Below, one piece after another: positions 21,126 to 31,248 of a stretch of DNA of 64,000 nucleotides. A model generated the notes under the pieces. That model did no database searches. It was not told the origin of the DNA and was given only the letters and a program-made list of their open reading frames with translations. The DNA is from Actinobacteria bacterium UBA959 (GTDB taxonomy: Bacteria > Actinomycetota > Actinomycetes > S36-B12 > UBA5976). The first letter of the stretch is position 1. Every line of letters starts with the position of its first letter. The position numbers were made by a program, and so were the translations under genes. The stretch is taken from contig DBCL01000002.1 in NCBI GenBank assembly GCA_002293025.1, positions 57,893 through 121,892 on the forward strand. Reading direction: 5' to 3'.

Positions 21126-22340
21126 CTAATTCATAGCCTTTCCAAGGTTATGGTCAATCGCTGCCAAGAAATCTTGGGTGGTTAAGTATGGCTGTTCTGG
21201 CCCAATTAACACACTTAGATCCTTGGTCATTTTACCTTGTTCAACTGTCTCAACGCAGACTTTTTCCAACGTTTGCGCAAATTCGGTGACCGCTGGGGTT
21301 CCATCCATCTTTCCGCGGTGAGCCAGTCCTTGAGTCCACGCGAAAATAGATGCAATCGGGTTAGTCGAGGTCGGCTTTCCTTCCTGATGCATCCGATAGT
21401 GACGCGTAACGGTTCCATGTGCAGCTTCCGCTTCAACAGTTTTACCATCTGGAGTCATCAACACGCTGGTCATTAAACCTAGGGAGCCAAATCCTTGAGC
21501 AACCGTGTCAGATTGAACATCACCGTCATAATTCTTACAAGCCCAGACATATCCCCCCTCCCACTTAAGCGCGGAAGCAACCATGTCATCAATTAGACGA
21601 TGTTCATAAGTGATGCCAGCCTTGCCAAACTCAGATTTAAACTCAGATTCATAAACTTCTGTAAATATATCTTTAAATCTTCCATCATATGCTTTAAGAA
21701 TTGTGTTCTTGGTAGACAAATAAACTGGATAGTTTCTATTTAAACCATATCTAAGTGATGCCCGAGCAAAATCTCTTATGGATTCATCCAGGTTGTACAT
21801 GGCCATTGCCACTCCACCTGATGGAAAATCGTAAACATTCAATTCCATGGGAGCAGAGCCATCTTCTGGTTTGAAAGTGAGCGTCAAGCTTCCCTTACCT
21901 GGGATAACTACATCTGTTGCTCGATATTGATCACCAAATGCATGACGGCCAACCACGATCGGTTTTGTCCAGCCTGGCACTAGTCGAGGGATATTGCTAA
22001 TGATGATTGGCTCACGGAAAATAACACCACCCAGAATATTCCTGATAGTTCCATTTGGAGACTTCCACATTTTCTTTAGACCAAATTCTGCAACCCGAGC
22101 CTCATCCGGTGTGATAGTTGCGCACTTAACCCCTACCCCATGCTTCAAGATTGCGTGAGCTGAATCAATGGTAACTTGATCGCTTGTTGCATCTCTATTT
22201 TCAATACTTAGATCGTAATAATGCAAATCCACGTCTAGGTAAGGCAGAATTAACTGATCCTTGATGAATTGCCAGATAATTCGGGTCATCTCATCACCAT
22301 CAAGTTCAACAACTGGATTGGTAACTTTAATCTTGGTCAT
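21126..22340 (-). CDS. icd: NADP-dependent isocitrate dehydrogenase (homodimeric, eukaryote-like subfamily II)
   Basis: 404 aa. N-terminus [21 protein letters not shown] and the region [11 protein letters not shown] are typical of the IDH1-like type. Confidence 0.92.
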   Translation of the reverse strand: MTKIKVTNPVVELDGDEMTRIIWQFIKDQLILPYLDVDLHYYDLSIENRDATSDQVTIDSAHAILKHGVGVKCATITPDEARVAEFGLKKMWKSPNGTIRNILGGVIFREPIIISNIPRLVPGWTKPIVVGRHAFGDQYRATDVVIPGKGSLTLTFKPEDGSAPMELNVYDFPSGGVAMAMYNLDESIRDFARASLRYGLNRNYPVYLSTKNTILKAYDGRFKDIFTEVYESEFKSEFGKAGITYEHRLIDDMVASALKWEGGYVWACKNYDGDVQSDTVAQGFGSLGLMTSVLMTPDGKTVEAEAAHGTVTRHYRMHQEGKPTSTNPIASIFAWTQGLAHRGKMDGTPAVTEFAQTLEKVCVETVEQGKMTKDLSVLIGPEQPYLTTQDFLAAIDHNLGKAMN

Positions 22341-22367
22341 CTAAATCTCCTGGTTACTTTTTTTAAA

Positions 22368-23324
22368 TTAAAGACTTTTGACGTCAGCTTGCTTCGTGCG
22401 AACGGCTTCGGCTGCAGCTAGAAGTTCTGATTTTTCAAAATCAGTAAGTTGTGTTTCAACTACTTCCTTAATTCCATTTTTGCCAACCTTGGCTTCAACG
22501 CCAAGATAAACACCGCTAATTCCGTATTCACCATCTACCCAAGCACAAACTGGCATAACTGCTCCAGAATCTTCCATCACAGCTTTTGCCATTCTGGCTG
22601 CTGCAGAGGATGGTGCGTAATAAGCTGAACCAGTTTTTAGTAATCCCACAATCTCAGCTCCACCGTTGCGAGTTCTGGTTACTAGCTCTTCGATTTTAGC
22701 TGCTGGAAGTAAATCTGCGAGTGGCTTGCCATCAACCGTGCACCTCGATGGAACAGGGACCATGGTGTCTCCATGCGACCCTAGAGTCAAAGTTTGAACA
22801 CTTGCTACTGGAACTTTCAATTCTTCTGCAACAAAGTTAGTGAATCGAGCAGTATCTAACATTCCAGCTTGCCCCATAACTTTGTGCTTAGGAAAACCTG
22901 TTGCTAGCGCAGTTAGTGCCGTCATCTCATCTAATGGATTAGAAACCACAATAACAACAGCGTTCGGTGCATGTTTTGCGATGTTTTCAGCTACACCTCT
23001 AACAATTTTGGCGTTAACCTCTATTAAGTCCATTCGACTCATGCCAGGTTTGCGTGGCAACCCCGCAGTTATTACTACAACATCACTACCTGCGATAACT
23101 TCATATCCTGCGCCGTCAGCTGAGGTTGTCCCACCAACTACTCGGGTCTCAAAACCTTCAATGGAGCGAGACTGATTCATGTCTAGCGCTAGACCTTCAG
23201 CCTTACCTTCCAAAATGTCAGTTAGAACTACTTTTTCAAAAATGTTGTATTCAGCTAGTCGCAGAGCGGTGGTTGAACCATAAAAACCAGCACCAATAAC
23301 TGCAACGACTCCAGAGCGAGCCAT
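22368..23324 (-). CDS. mdh: malate dehydrogenase (LDH-like MDH)
   Basis: Rossmann motif VIGAGFYGSTTA and the segment ITAGLPRKPGMSR; 318 aa. Confidence 0.9.
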   Translation of the reverse strand: MARSGVVAVIGAGFYGSTTALRLAEYNIFEKVVLTDILEGKAEGLALDMNQSRSIEGFETRVVGGTTSADGAGYEVIAGSDVVVITAGLPRKPGMSRMDLIEVNAKIVRGVAENIAKHAPNAVVIVVSNPLDEMTALTALATGFPKHKVMGQAGMLDTARFTNFVAEELKVPVASVQTLTLGSHGDTMVPVPSRCTVDGKPLADLLPAAKIEELVTRTRNGGAEIVGLLKTGSAYYAPSSAAARMAKAVMEDSGAVMPVCAWVDGEYGISGVYLGVEAKVGKNGIKEVVETQLTDFEKSELLAAAEAVRTKQADVKSL

Positions 23325-23400
23325 TTATTCCTCCGTTGATTTATCTCGATGTCAAGATAGTTCACCAATCATACCTGAATCATGAACTGGTGTAAGGCGG

Positions 23401-23661
23401 TTAGATAGTTGGCACAACTACAGCCAAGATTCCTAACGCTAAAGCGATAAAGAGATAAATACTGAGGTCAAAATTCTTTGTTCGAATCCCAAGCAACTTA
23501 TCCCGAGCTCCCAGCCCCCTAAACAGCGCTAAGGTCCCTGATGCTCCTGCTAAAACGATTGCTCCTAATCGAAAATCACCAAAATAAATAATGGTCACCC
23601 CAGTTAATGCAATCATTACGATTAGTAACCAGATGCGATGAATCGAAATCCACGATTTCAT
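23401..23661 (-). CDS. small membrane protein (DUF3017-like), coupled to folD
   Basis: 86 aa with 3 hydrophobic segments. It overlaps the folD stop by 4 nt, the conserved actinobacterial position for DUF3017 (from memory). Confidence 0.6.
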   Translation of the reverse strand: MKSWISIHRIWLLIVMIALTGVTIIYFGDFRLGAIVLAGASGTLALFRGLGARDKLLGIRTKNFDLSIYLFIALALGILAVVVPTI

Positions 23662-24494
23662 TTGAGGAGCGCTGCCTCAACTACATTTTGCAGAAGCATG
23701 GCTCGAGTCATTGGGCCAACACCTCCAGGGACTGGTGCAAACCAAGATGACTTTTCAATAGCAGATGGAGCAATATCACCAATTAATCCACTCTGATCCC
23801 TTGTAATACCAACATCGACTAAAACTACATCTTGCTTAACCATCTCCCCAGTGAGCATTTGAGGAACTCCGGCTGCTGCAATGATTATGTCCGCTTTGCT
23901 TGTGTGAGAGAGTAAATCTTTAGTCCCGGTGTGGCACAAGGTGACCGTTGCGTTTTCGGACTTTCGGGTAAGCAACAAACCTAAAGGCCTACCCACTGTT
24001 GTGCCGCGTCCAATAACCACAATGCTCGCGCCATCAATTGAGACTTTGTAATGTCGCAATAACTCAATAATTCCTCTAGGGGTGCATGGAAGTGCGGCAG
24101 GAGCTCCTAAAACTAATTTACCCAAATTAAGTGGATGCAAACCATCAGCATCTTTGGCGGGGTCAATTGTGGATAGGACTAATTGGACATCGACAAATCT
24201 TGGCAGGGGTAATTGAACAATCATTCCTGTGCAATTTGAGTCAGCATTTAGTTGTTCGATTTCATTAATGATCTCAGACTGTGAAGCAGTTGCTGGAAGC
24301 TCAACTCTAATTGATGAAATCCCAACTTCAGCACAGTCTCGATGTTTTCCAGCAACATAAGAGGTGCTTGCTGGATCTGAACCAACCAAAATAGTTGCTA
24401 AACCAGGTTTATTCTTAAGTGTTGTTACTTTATCTTTTAAATCTGCACGAATTAATGCCGATAAGGCCTTACCGTCCAACAATTGTGCAGTCAT
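23658..24494 (-). CDS. folD: bifunctional methylenetetrahydrofolate dehydrogenase/cyclohydrolase
   Basis: Motifs [22 protein letters not shown] and [10 protein letters not shown]. Confidence 0.93.
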   Translation of the reverse strand: MTAQLLDGKALSALIRADLKDKVTTLKNKPGLATILVGSDPASTSYVAGKHRDCAEVGISSIRVELPATASQSEIINEIEQLNADSNCTGMIVQLPLPRFVDVQLVLSTIDPAKDADGLHPLNLGKLVLGAPAALPCTPRGIIELLRHYKVSIDGASIVVIGRGTTVGRPLGLLLTRKSENATVTLCHTGTKDLLSHTSKADIIIAAAGVPQMLTGEMVKQDVVLVDVGITRDQSGLIGDIAPSAIEKSSWFAPVPGGVGPMTRAMLLQNVVEAALLK

Positions 24495-24506
24495 GGCTTA
24501 ATTCTG

Positions 24507-26039
24507 TCAGTGCCAGAAATGTCTAACCCCTGTGGTGTACATGGTTACCCCTGCAGACTCAGCGGCCTCAATGACTTCTTGATCACGAATTGAACCTCCA
24601 GGGTGCACAATCGCCTTCACCCCGGCATCGATTAGTGCCAGAACTCCATCCTTAAATGGGAAAAAGGCATCACTAGCTGCCACGGATCCTTGGCTCCTTA
24701 GTCTTGCTCGCTGGACTGCTAGTTGAACTGAATCAACACGATTAACTTGTCCCATTCCAATTCCAACAGTAGTTAAGTCCTTAGCCAACACAATTGCGTT
24801 TGACTTAACAGCTCGCACAGATCTCCAGGCAAATTCCAGATCTGCCAAAGTGGATTTGTCTGCAGCACTTCCTGAAACAAGTTTCCAGTTACCCGATAGG
24901 TCACCGGTTGAGTCAAAAGTGTCAATGTCTTGCACCAAGAATCCACCCGAAATCATTTTCACTTCAAATTGATCTACCTCTGGTTTTGCTGCAAGCACTC
25001 TTAAGTTGGCTCTCTTTGCCAACATCTCAAGGGCCTTTGTTGTGTAGCTTGGAGCAATAATTACTTCAGTAAAAATGTTTGCATTTGCTGTGGCAAATTC
25101 GGCTGTCACTTCTCTATTCGCAGCAACCACACCACCGAAGGCTGAAGTGGGATCGCAGCCATGCGCTAACTCATATGCAGTTGCAATGTCATCGTGGCTC
25201 GCTATTCCACAAGGATTAGTGTGCTTGATAATTGCAACCGTAGACAGATCGTGTTCCAGAACCGCTCGCCAAGCTGCATCAGCATCAACTAAGTTATTGA
25301 AAGACAGTTCTTTCCCTTGAAGTTGAATGGCATTTGCAATCCCATTTGACTGACCATCTCGAACAAAAAGTGCTGCTTTTTGTTGAGGGTTCTCGCCATA
25401 GCGAAGCTCTGATATCTTCGTAGCTGTCAAGTTCAGTGAGCTTGGTAACTCACCACTAAACCAAGATGCAATCACAGAGTCGTATTGGGCAGTGTGTGCA
25501 AAAGCTTCAGAAGCAAGTTTTTTGCGTGTCGCATAATCGAATCCACCACTATCTATGGCTGAGACTGCACTGTGGTATTGAGTTGGAGAAGTTAACACTG
25601 CTACTGAATTAAAGTTCTTAGCAGCAGCCCGCACCATTGCTGGCCCACCCACATCAATTTGCTCAATACACTGATCAAAATCTTTAACACTAGCGATGGT
25701 TTGAGCAAAAGGATATAGATTTACGATCAAAAGCTGAAATGGATCAATACCCATTGTTCCTAGCTGATCTAGGTGCTCCTTATTGAAAGTATCCGCTAAT
25801 AGACCTGCATGAATATTAGGATGCAAAGTTTTGACTCGGCCATCGAGCATTTCTTTAAAGTTCGTAACTGTGGAAACATCTTTGACCTTTACCCCAAGAT
25901 CTCTAATCACTTGAGCCGTACTGCCAGTCGAAACTATCTCAATATTCAATTTGGCTAAAACAGGAATGATGATTTCTAGTCCAGACTTATCCGAGACCGA
26001 GATTAGGGCGCGCTTTATCTGAATAGGTTTGTCAGGCAT
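24507..26039 (-). CDS. purH: bifunctional AICAR transformylase / IMP cyclohydrolase
   Basis: Motifs ALISVSDK, RVKTLHP, the C-terminal HPGGSIRD and the ending RHFWH. Confidence 0.94.
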   Translation of the reverse strand: MPDKPIQIKRALISVSDKSGLEIIIPVLAKLNIEIVSTGSTAQVIRDLGVKVKDVSTVTNFKEMLDGRVKTLHPNIHAGLLADTFNKEHLDQLGTMGIDPFQLLIVNLYPFAQTIASVKDFDQCIEQIDVGGPAMVRAAAKNFNSVAVLTSPTQYHSAVSAIDSGGFDYATRKKLASEAFAHTAQYDSVIASWFSGELPSSLNLTATKISELRYGENPQQKAALFVRDGQSNGIANAIQLQGKELSFNNLVDADAAWRAVLEHDLSTVAIIKHTNPCGIASHDDIATAYELAHGCDPTSAFGGVVAANREVTAEFATANANIFTEVIIAPSYTTKALEMLAKRANLRVLAAKPEVDQFEVKMISGGFLVQDIDTFDSTGDLSGNWKLVSGSAADKSTLADLEFAWRSVRAVKSNAIVLAKDLTTVGIGMGQVNRVDSVQLAVQRARLRSQGSVAASDAFFPFKDGVLALIDAGVKAIVHPGGSIRDQEVIEAAESAGVTMYTTGVRHFWH

Positions 26040-26044
26040 AGCGC

Positions 26045-26617
26045 TTATTCCCCAATCTTTAATTTGCCGCTACAAATATCAGTGACCACAGAAACTAACT
26101 GTATTTGCTCAACCGTTTTGATCCGCTCATGGAGTGTGGCAGAGGTATCTCCAGGCAAGACCACAACCTCTTTTTGAGCCAATATTCGACCAGTATCTAT
26201 TCCTGCGTCCATCAGATGAACAGTTGCCCCAGTGACATCAGCTCCAGCAGCTAAGGCATCTTGGACTGCGTGCGCACCTGGAAATTCTGGTAGCAAAGAC
26301 GGATGAGCATTAATTGTTGGACACTTAAGAAATAGATCACTTCGAATAATTCGCATAAAGCCTGCTGAAACAACCAAGTCTGGCTGTAAACTCAAAACTG
26401 TTTCCTTGAGTAATCGCTGCCAGTGGTCATCTTCATAATCCACAAAAGGAATTTCAATTGCTGGAATACCAAATTTGGTGGCTCTAGTAACTGCGTAGGT
26501 ATCTTTACGATCAACCACTAAAGCTGAAATAGAAAATATCTTCTCTTGAGCACTAGCGTCAGCTAGGGCTTGGAATAAAGACCCATTGCCCGACGCTAAG
26601 ACAACTATAGATTTCAT
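26045..26617 (-). CDS. purN: phosphoribosylglycinamide formyltransferase
   Basis: Motifs VVLASGNGS, TINAHPSLLP and GATVHLMDAGIDTG. Confidence 0.92.
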   Translation of the reverse strand: MKSIVVLASGNGSLFQALADASAQEKIFSISALVVDRKDTYAVTRATKFGIPAIEIPFVDYEDDHWQRLLKETVLSLQPDLVVSAGFMRIIRSDLFLKCPTINAHPSLLPEFPGAHAVQDALAAGADVTGATVHLMDAGIDTGRILAQKEVVVLPGDTSATLHERIKTVEQIQLVSVVTDICSGKLKIGE

Positions 26618-27786
26618 CTTTCGTGTTTCGCTAACTTGCGAATCTTTAGTTTGCGTCTAAGAAATTCAACAAGCAACATCACCATAAATGCAGGTGCAAT
26701 TGACACAAAAACTCCGCCAAGCATTGGCAACCACTGTGGACCAAATACAGCCAATCGCCCAGGTCCTGCTGACCCTCCACCGAGCAAACTCAAGATCAAG
26801 GTCGCAACTAGAACTAATAAAAGGGCAACAGATGAATTCATGATGATTTCAGATAATTTCGAATTATGCAGCGACCACCAAAGCAAAATTGCAGCAATAG
26901 AGCTTAAAACAAATGGAACCAACAAAATTAGCCAAGCATTTGAAATTACATCAGTTGGTAGTGCTGCTAACCAAGGAATGGCAGGATATGCAACTTCATC
27001 AACCACTGCAAAGGATGATGCAGTATCAATACTGGTGGAAACACCTGGACCCAATAGCCAGGCATAACCCCAAGCTATTGCTACTGGGGCAAATCCAATT
27101 GTGGTTAGCCAAACCAAAAAGATCTCGTAATTTGTGTCTGCTACCGAAGCCACCACTAGTTTTGCTTGATCAAAACTAAGAACTAATCGAACTGAACTTA
27201 ATACTGCAGCAGCTAATAAAAGCCCGGCAACTAGGTAGCCACCGACTCTAACGCCAATAAGAAATTTGAATTCTTCAAAATAAATTAAAGGATAACCATA
27301 GACTTTTACTGCTGCAGATAACACTGCTACTGTGCCCACTATAAAAACTGGTGGGAAAACCCAAAGTGGATAAACTGAAATCACATCATCAGAAGCTAAC
27401 CAAGCTAATGTTGCAGAAATTAAGAAATTAACACTAACTATTGGAGTTAATACCGACAATATTACTTTTGAGGAGGGTTCCACAATTTTAAAGATACGCA
27501 TTGCTGCACGTCTTAATAAGAATATGGGGAATAGTGCCAGTAGAAATGGCATCACATCTATTGAAACTCCTGTAACCGAGACTCGCGCTCCATGTGCAAT
27601 AGGCCAAGCTAACAGCGCAGCCTTAATTGCATTTCCTAAAGAGCCGGCACCTGATGCTCCAAGGGTCCAAACCAGAATTACTGGAAATGCGCACAGGATT
27701 ATTCCAATAGAGACAGACCAAACTGCAGTTATTGCTGAGGTGCGTATCAAGTCCCGGTGTTCAACAACTACACCTGAATCACTCAT
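26614..27786 (-). CDS. polytopic membrane protein, PerM/DUF6350-like
   Basis: 390 aa, about 10 TM segments, with a LLAWPIAHG motif. It lies between sucD and purN, the same slot as mycobacterial perM (from memory). Confidence 0.6.
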   Translation of the reverse strand: MSDSGVVVEHRDLIRTSAITAVWSVSIGIILCAFPVILVWTLGASGAGSLGNAIKAALLAWPIAHGARVSVTGVSIDVMPFLLALFPIFLLRRAAMRIFKIVEPSSKVILSVLTPIVSVNFLISATLAWLASDDVISVYPLWVFPPVFIVGTVAVLSAAVKVYGYPLIYFEEFKFLIGVRVGGYLVAGLLLAAAVLSSVRLVLSFDQAKLVVASVADTNYEIFLVWLTTIGFAPVAIAWGYAWLLGPGVSTSIDTASSFAVVDEVAYPAIPWLAALPTDVISNAWLILLVPFVLSSIAAILLWWSLHNSKLSEIIMNSSVALLLVLVATLILSLLGGGSAGPGRLAVFGPQWLPMLGGVFVSIAPAFMVMLLVEFLRRKLKIRKLAKHER

Positions 27787-27789
27787 GGA

Positions 27790-28677
27790 CTACTTCAGAT
27801 TACCCATGATGGCGCGCATCAAATTCGCAGCTTCACTTGGTGTTTTACCAACCTTGACACCAACAGCTTCAAGTGCGTCTTGCTTTGCTTGAGCAGTTCC
27901 TGCAGAGCCAGAAACAATTGCACCCGCGTGACCCATAGTTTTTCCTTCAGGAGCAGTAAAACCTGCTACATAACCTACTACTGGCTTGCGAACATTGTCC
28001 TTAATAAATGCTGCGGCACGCTCTTCAGCATCTCCGCCAATTTCACCAATCATTACGATGGCATCCGTATCAGGATCAGCTTCAAATGCTGCTAAACAAT
28101 CAATATGTGTTGTTCCAATAACTGGGTCGCCACCAATACCAACAGCAGTTGAGAAGCCGATGTCGCGCAATTCATACATCATTTGATAGGTCAATGTGCC
28201 GGACTTACTTACCAAACCAATCCGGCCCTTCTTGGTGATATCTGCTGGGATAATTCCAGCATTCGATTCTCCTGGGCTAATCAATCCAGGACAGTTTGGG
28301 CCAATGAGCCTGGTGGTTCCCAAGGTGAGGGCGTGATTTACAAAACCAACACTGTCATGAACTGGAATTCCTTCAGTGATGACTACGCAAAGTGGAATCT
28401 TGGCATCGATTGCTTCCATAACAGCTGCTTTAGCAAATTTAGGAGGAACAAAAACAACAGAGACGTTTGCCTTTGTAGCAGCCATAGCCTCTGATACTGA
28501 GTTAAAAACTGGGATTGAATGTCCATCAATATCAACTACTTGTCCACCTTTCCCTGGTGTAACACCAGCAACTACTTTAGCTCCAGAAGCCAGCATCCGT
28601 TTTGTGTGCTTGGTACCTTCACTACCAGTCATGCCCTGAACCAAAATCTTAGAATCGCTATTTAAGAAAATAGACAT
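27790..28677 (-). CDS. sucD: succinate--CoA ligase subunit alpha
   Basis: Motifs [15 protein letters not shown] and the phospho-His loop MGHAGAIV. Confidence 0.94.
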   Translation of the reverse strand: MSIFLNSDSKILVQGMTGSEGTKHTKRMLASGAKVVAGVTPGKGGQVVDIDGHSIPVFNSVSEAMAATKANVSVVFVPPKFAKAAVMEAIDAKIPLCVVITEGIPVHDSVGFVNHALTLGTTRLIGPNCPGLISPGESNAGIIPADITKKGRIGLVSKSGTLTYQMMYELRDIGFSTAVGIGGDPVIGTTHIDCLAAFEADPDTDAIVMIGEIGGDAEERAAAFIKDNVRKPVVGYVAGFTAPEGKTMGHAGAIVSGSAGTAQAKQDALEAVGVKVGKTPSEAANLMRAIMGNLK

Positions 28678-28686
28678 TGTTTTCTC

Positions 28687-29862
28687 CTATTTTCCTGATG
28701 CAAGTTGTGCCACAAGTTCGGCCCCTGCATCCATAGTGTCTGCCATTCGAACTGCTGGATGATTCGCAGTTTTTAGAATCTCCCGACCAACCACCGAGTT
28801 GTTTCCATCTAGACGAACAACTAACGGAACTTTGATTTTCTTTCCATCTGCTTCCAGTAAAGCTAGTGCTTGGACAATTCCATTTGCTACTGCATCACAA
28901 GAGGTAATCCCACCAAAAACATTAACAAATACAGCCTTTACATCCTGATCACTCAAGATGATGCTCAAACCGTCCGCCATAACTTGTGCAGATGCACCTC
29001 CGCCGATATCGAGGAAGTTTGCTGGGCGCATTCCTCCGTGCAACTCTCCAGCGTAAGCAACTACATCTAACGTACTCATGACTAAGCCAGCACCATTCCC
29101 AATGATTCCAACTTGACCATCTAGTTTTACATAGTTCAGGTCTTTGGCTTTAGCAGCTGCTTCCAAAGGATCTTCAGCTTGATGGTCAATAAGCGCTGCA
29201 TGATTTGGATGTCTGAATGCAGCATTGTCATCCAAGGAGACTTTCCCATCTAATGCAATTACTTTGCCAGCAGGGGTTTGCACTAATGGATTTACTTCAA
29301 CAAGTGTGGCATCTTCTTTGACAAATACATCCCACATCCGCTGTAGCATCTCGACAACTTGATCCATAATTTCTGCTGGAAACTTTGCAGCAGTTGCAAT
29401 TTTGATAGCAACTTCTTTTGTGACACCAACGCTGGCATCAATGTTTATTTTTGCTAGTGCATCAGGATTGTTGGCAGCCACTTCCTCAATCTCAACGCCG
29501 CCTTCAACACTGGCCATTGCCAAGAAAGTTCTATTGGAACGATCCAGTAAAAATGATACGTAGTACTCAGATGCAATATCTTCGGCAGGAGTTACTAAGA
29601 CTTGTTTAACAATGTGACCTTTAATGTCTAAACCTAAAATGTCATTTGCTTTATCAAAGGCTTCGTCAGCATTCTTAGCTAACTTAACGCCTCCAGCTTT
29701 ACCCCGGCCACCAACTTTGACTTGCGCCTTCACCACAACCATGCTGCCAAATTTTTGGGCTGCAGCTTTGGCTTCATCTGCGGTGTTTACAACCGCCCCA
29801 TCTTGAGTTACAACACCATGCTCAGCAAAAAGTGCCTTTGCTTGAAACTCATATAGATCCAT
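28687..29862 (-). CDS. sucC: succinate--CoA ligase subunit beta
   Basis: N-terminus [15 protein letters not shown]-grasp region, [11 protein letters not shown]. Confidence 0.94.
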   Translation of the reverse strand: MDLYEFQAKALFAEHGVVTQDGAVVNTADEAKAAAQKFGSMVVVKAQVKVGGRGKAGGVKLAKNADEAFDKANDILGLDIKGHIVKQVLVTPAEDIASEYYVSFLLDRSNRTFLAMASVEGGVEIEEVAANNPDALAKINIDASVGVTKEVAIKIATAAKFPAEIMDQVVEMLQRMWDVFVKEDATLVEVNPLVQTPAGKVIALDGKVSLDDNAAFRHPNHAALIDHQAEDPLEAAAKAKDLNYVKLDGQVGIIGNGAGLVMSTLDVVAYAGELHGGMRPANFLDIGGGASAQVMADGLSIILSDQDVKAVFVNVFGGITSCDAVANGIVQALALLEADGKKIKVPLVVRLDGNNSVVGREILKTANHPAVRMADTMDAGAELVAQLASGK

Positions 29863-29901
29863 GTTGGTCGCCTCTCAAAAAAATGTTTTCAAGGGCGCAG
29901 A

Positions 29902-30300
29902 CTAGGCGAGAGCTTTCTTGGAAATGAAACCACTAAGCCATTCGACGATGGTTGATATTGGTGTTCCTGGGGTAAACACTGATTGCACCCCTGCTTGAGT
30001 TAGTTTGAGAACATCCTCTTGCGGGATAATTCCACCTACGAATACCCCAACATCACCGGCACCAGCATCTTTGAGGAGCTGGATGATCTCTGGGACAAGC
30101 GTTAGATGAGCCCCAGAAAGCACTGAGATACCAACAACATCAGCATCTTCAGCTACGACGGTAGCTGCAATTTGTGCAGGTGTCTGGTGTAAGCCGGTGT
30201 AAATCACTTCAAAACCAGCGTCCCGCAGGCCTCTGGCAATAATTTTGGCCCCACGGTCATGGCCGTCTAGCCCTGGTTTGGCAATCACGATTCTTCCCAT
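29902..30300 (-). CDS. methylmalonyl-CoA mutase B12-binding (small) subunit
   Basis: 132 aa. Contains the cobalamin-binding motif GLDGHDRGAK (DxHxxG) and the downstream segment GISVLSGAH...FVGG. Confidence 0.88.
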   Translation of the reverse strand: MGRIVIAKPGLDGHDRGAKIIARGLRDAGFEVIYTGLHQTPAQIAATVVAEDADVVGISVLSGAHLTLVPEIIQLLKDAGAGDVGVFVGGIIPQEDVLKLTQAGVQSVFTPGTPISTIVEWLSGFISKKALA

Positions 30301-30332
30301 GGGGACACCTTATGCCCCCAATTGTGGGCAAT

Positions 30333-30391
30333 CCCACCCCCTTTATCCACAGGTAGTCCACAAAAAAGTGGGGGGTGGGGGTTTACTGTGG
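30333..30391. promoter_or_regulatory. G/C-tract interlocking inverted repeats in a divergent intergenic region (candidate structured leader)
   Basis: cccaccccc (30333-30341) is complementary to gggggtggg (30371-30379). ccacag (30347-30352) is complementary to ctgtgg (30386-30391). ccac-A6-gtgg lies at 30358-30371. The order of the pairings is pseudoknot-like. Confidence 0.4.
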
Positions 30392-30468
30392 TGATTAATA
30401 GGCTATTCTTAAAGAATTCTGAAAGCGCCCTCAATGCGAGGCCCGACGCAATCCCCGGAGGAAACAAC

Positions 30469-31248
30469 GTGAGAAGTTCACGAACGTTTAACCTGGTTTT
30501 AGCACCGCTTGCGGTTGCAGCGTTGTTTTTTACATCGCTTTCAGTCTCTGCATTAGCCAATACCAAACTTCAAGACAGTAAAGAGTTAATGGCGGCTGTT
30601 GGGGCAGTTGAAGCGGATCGATTAGATGCCGCCAGTGCCTTAGCTGAGACCAATGAAGACTTAGCCCTAGCCAGAGCAATTTCTCAGACCACTAGAAGCC
30701 TGGTCCGTGAGCAACGAACTTTGACGGCCATGGCGAAAAAAGAAGCTAAAGCACGGGCAGCCGAAATGGCCCGACTAGCAAAAGAGCGTTTATTGCGAAC
30801 TTCTGCCGCTTTAAAGTTTCGAATCTATATCCCGTCTAATGTTGAAATTCCAAGTTCTTTCAGTGGAGTTAAGAGAAACCCTCTTCCTGGCACTCGAATC
30901 TCTGCGTATTTTGGGCAAAGAGGCTGGCGTTGGGATGGTGGAATTCATACTGGAACCGACTTTGATGGCTACTACGGACAGTCAGTCAAAGCTGCTGCTG
31001 ACGGCGTAGTTGTTGGCCGAGGCTGGGATGGGTCTTATGGCTACTCAATTTTGATTGCGCATGGTGATGGCGTAACAACTCGCTATGCGCATCTTTCCGA
31101 TATAGACATCTCTCTTGGAGATCGAGTCTCTATTGGGCAACACATTGGAAATGTTGGCTCCACTGGAAACTCAAGTGGCTCCCATTTGCATTTTGAAGTA
31201 GCACTTGGAGATCGACTAGTTGATCCTTTGGACTGGCTGCGTAGTTAG
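30469..31248 (+). CDS. secreted M23-family metallopeptidase
   Basis: The preferred start is GTG 30469, preceded by GGAGG at 30458-30462, giving the signal peptide VRSSRTFNLVLAPLAVAALFFTSLSVSALA. M23 motifs HTGTD (HxxxD) and GSHLHFE (HxH) are present, along with a coiled-coil-like N-terminal region. Confidence 0.85.
   Translation: MRSSRTFNLVLAPLAVAALFFTSLSVSALANTKLQDSKELMAAVGAVEADRLDAASALAETNEDLALARAISQTTRSLVREQRTLTAMAKKEAKARAAEMARLAKERLLRTSAALKFRIYIPSNVEIPSSFSGVKRNPLPGTRISAYFGQRGWRWDGGIHTGTDFDGYYGQSVKAAADGVVVGRGWDGSYGYSILIAHGDGVTTRYAHLSDIDISLGDRVSIGQHIGNVGSTGNSSGSHLHFEVALGDRLVDPLDWLRS

Noticed and set aside
30301-30468. c-di-AMP (ydaO-type) riboswitch upstream of the M23 peptidase, or a cobalamin riboswitch upstream of the B12-binding mutase subunit.
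   Set aside because: Cell-wall hydrolase genes in Actinobacteria often carry ydaO leaders. However, the conserved ACGGGG / GAAUC / CCCG blocks and the pseudo-twofold architecture are not recognisable here, and there is no GCCACUG-type B12 box. The element is kept as an unclassified structured element in the findings. RF00379 and RF00174 scans would be decisive.
30285-30566. A 93-aa minus-strand ORF, and the first 49 codons of the 30322 plus-strand ORF, both spanning the intergenic region.
   Set aside because: Both run through the G/C-tract element and have odd composition (GGWGF, PPLFCG) and no RBS. The M23 gene has a much better start at GTG 30469, with GGAGG upstream and a signal peptide.
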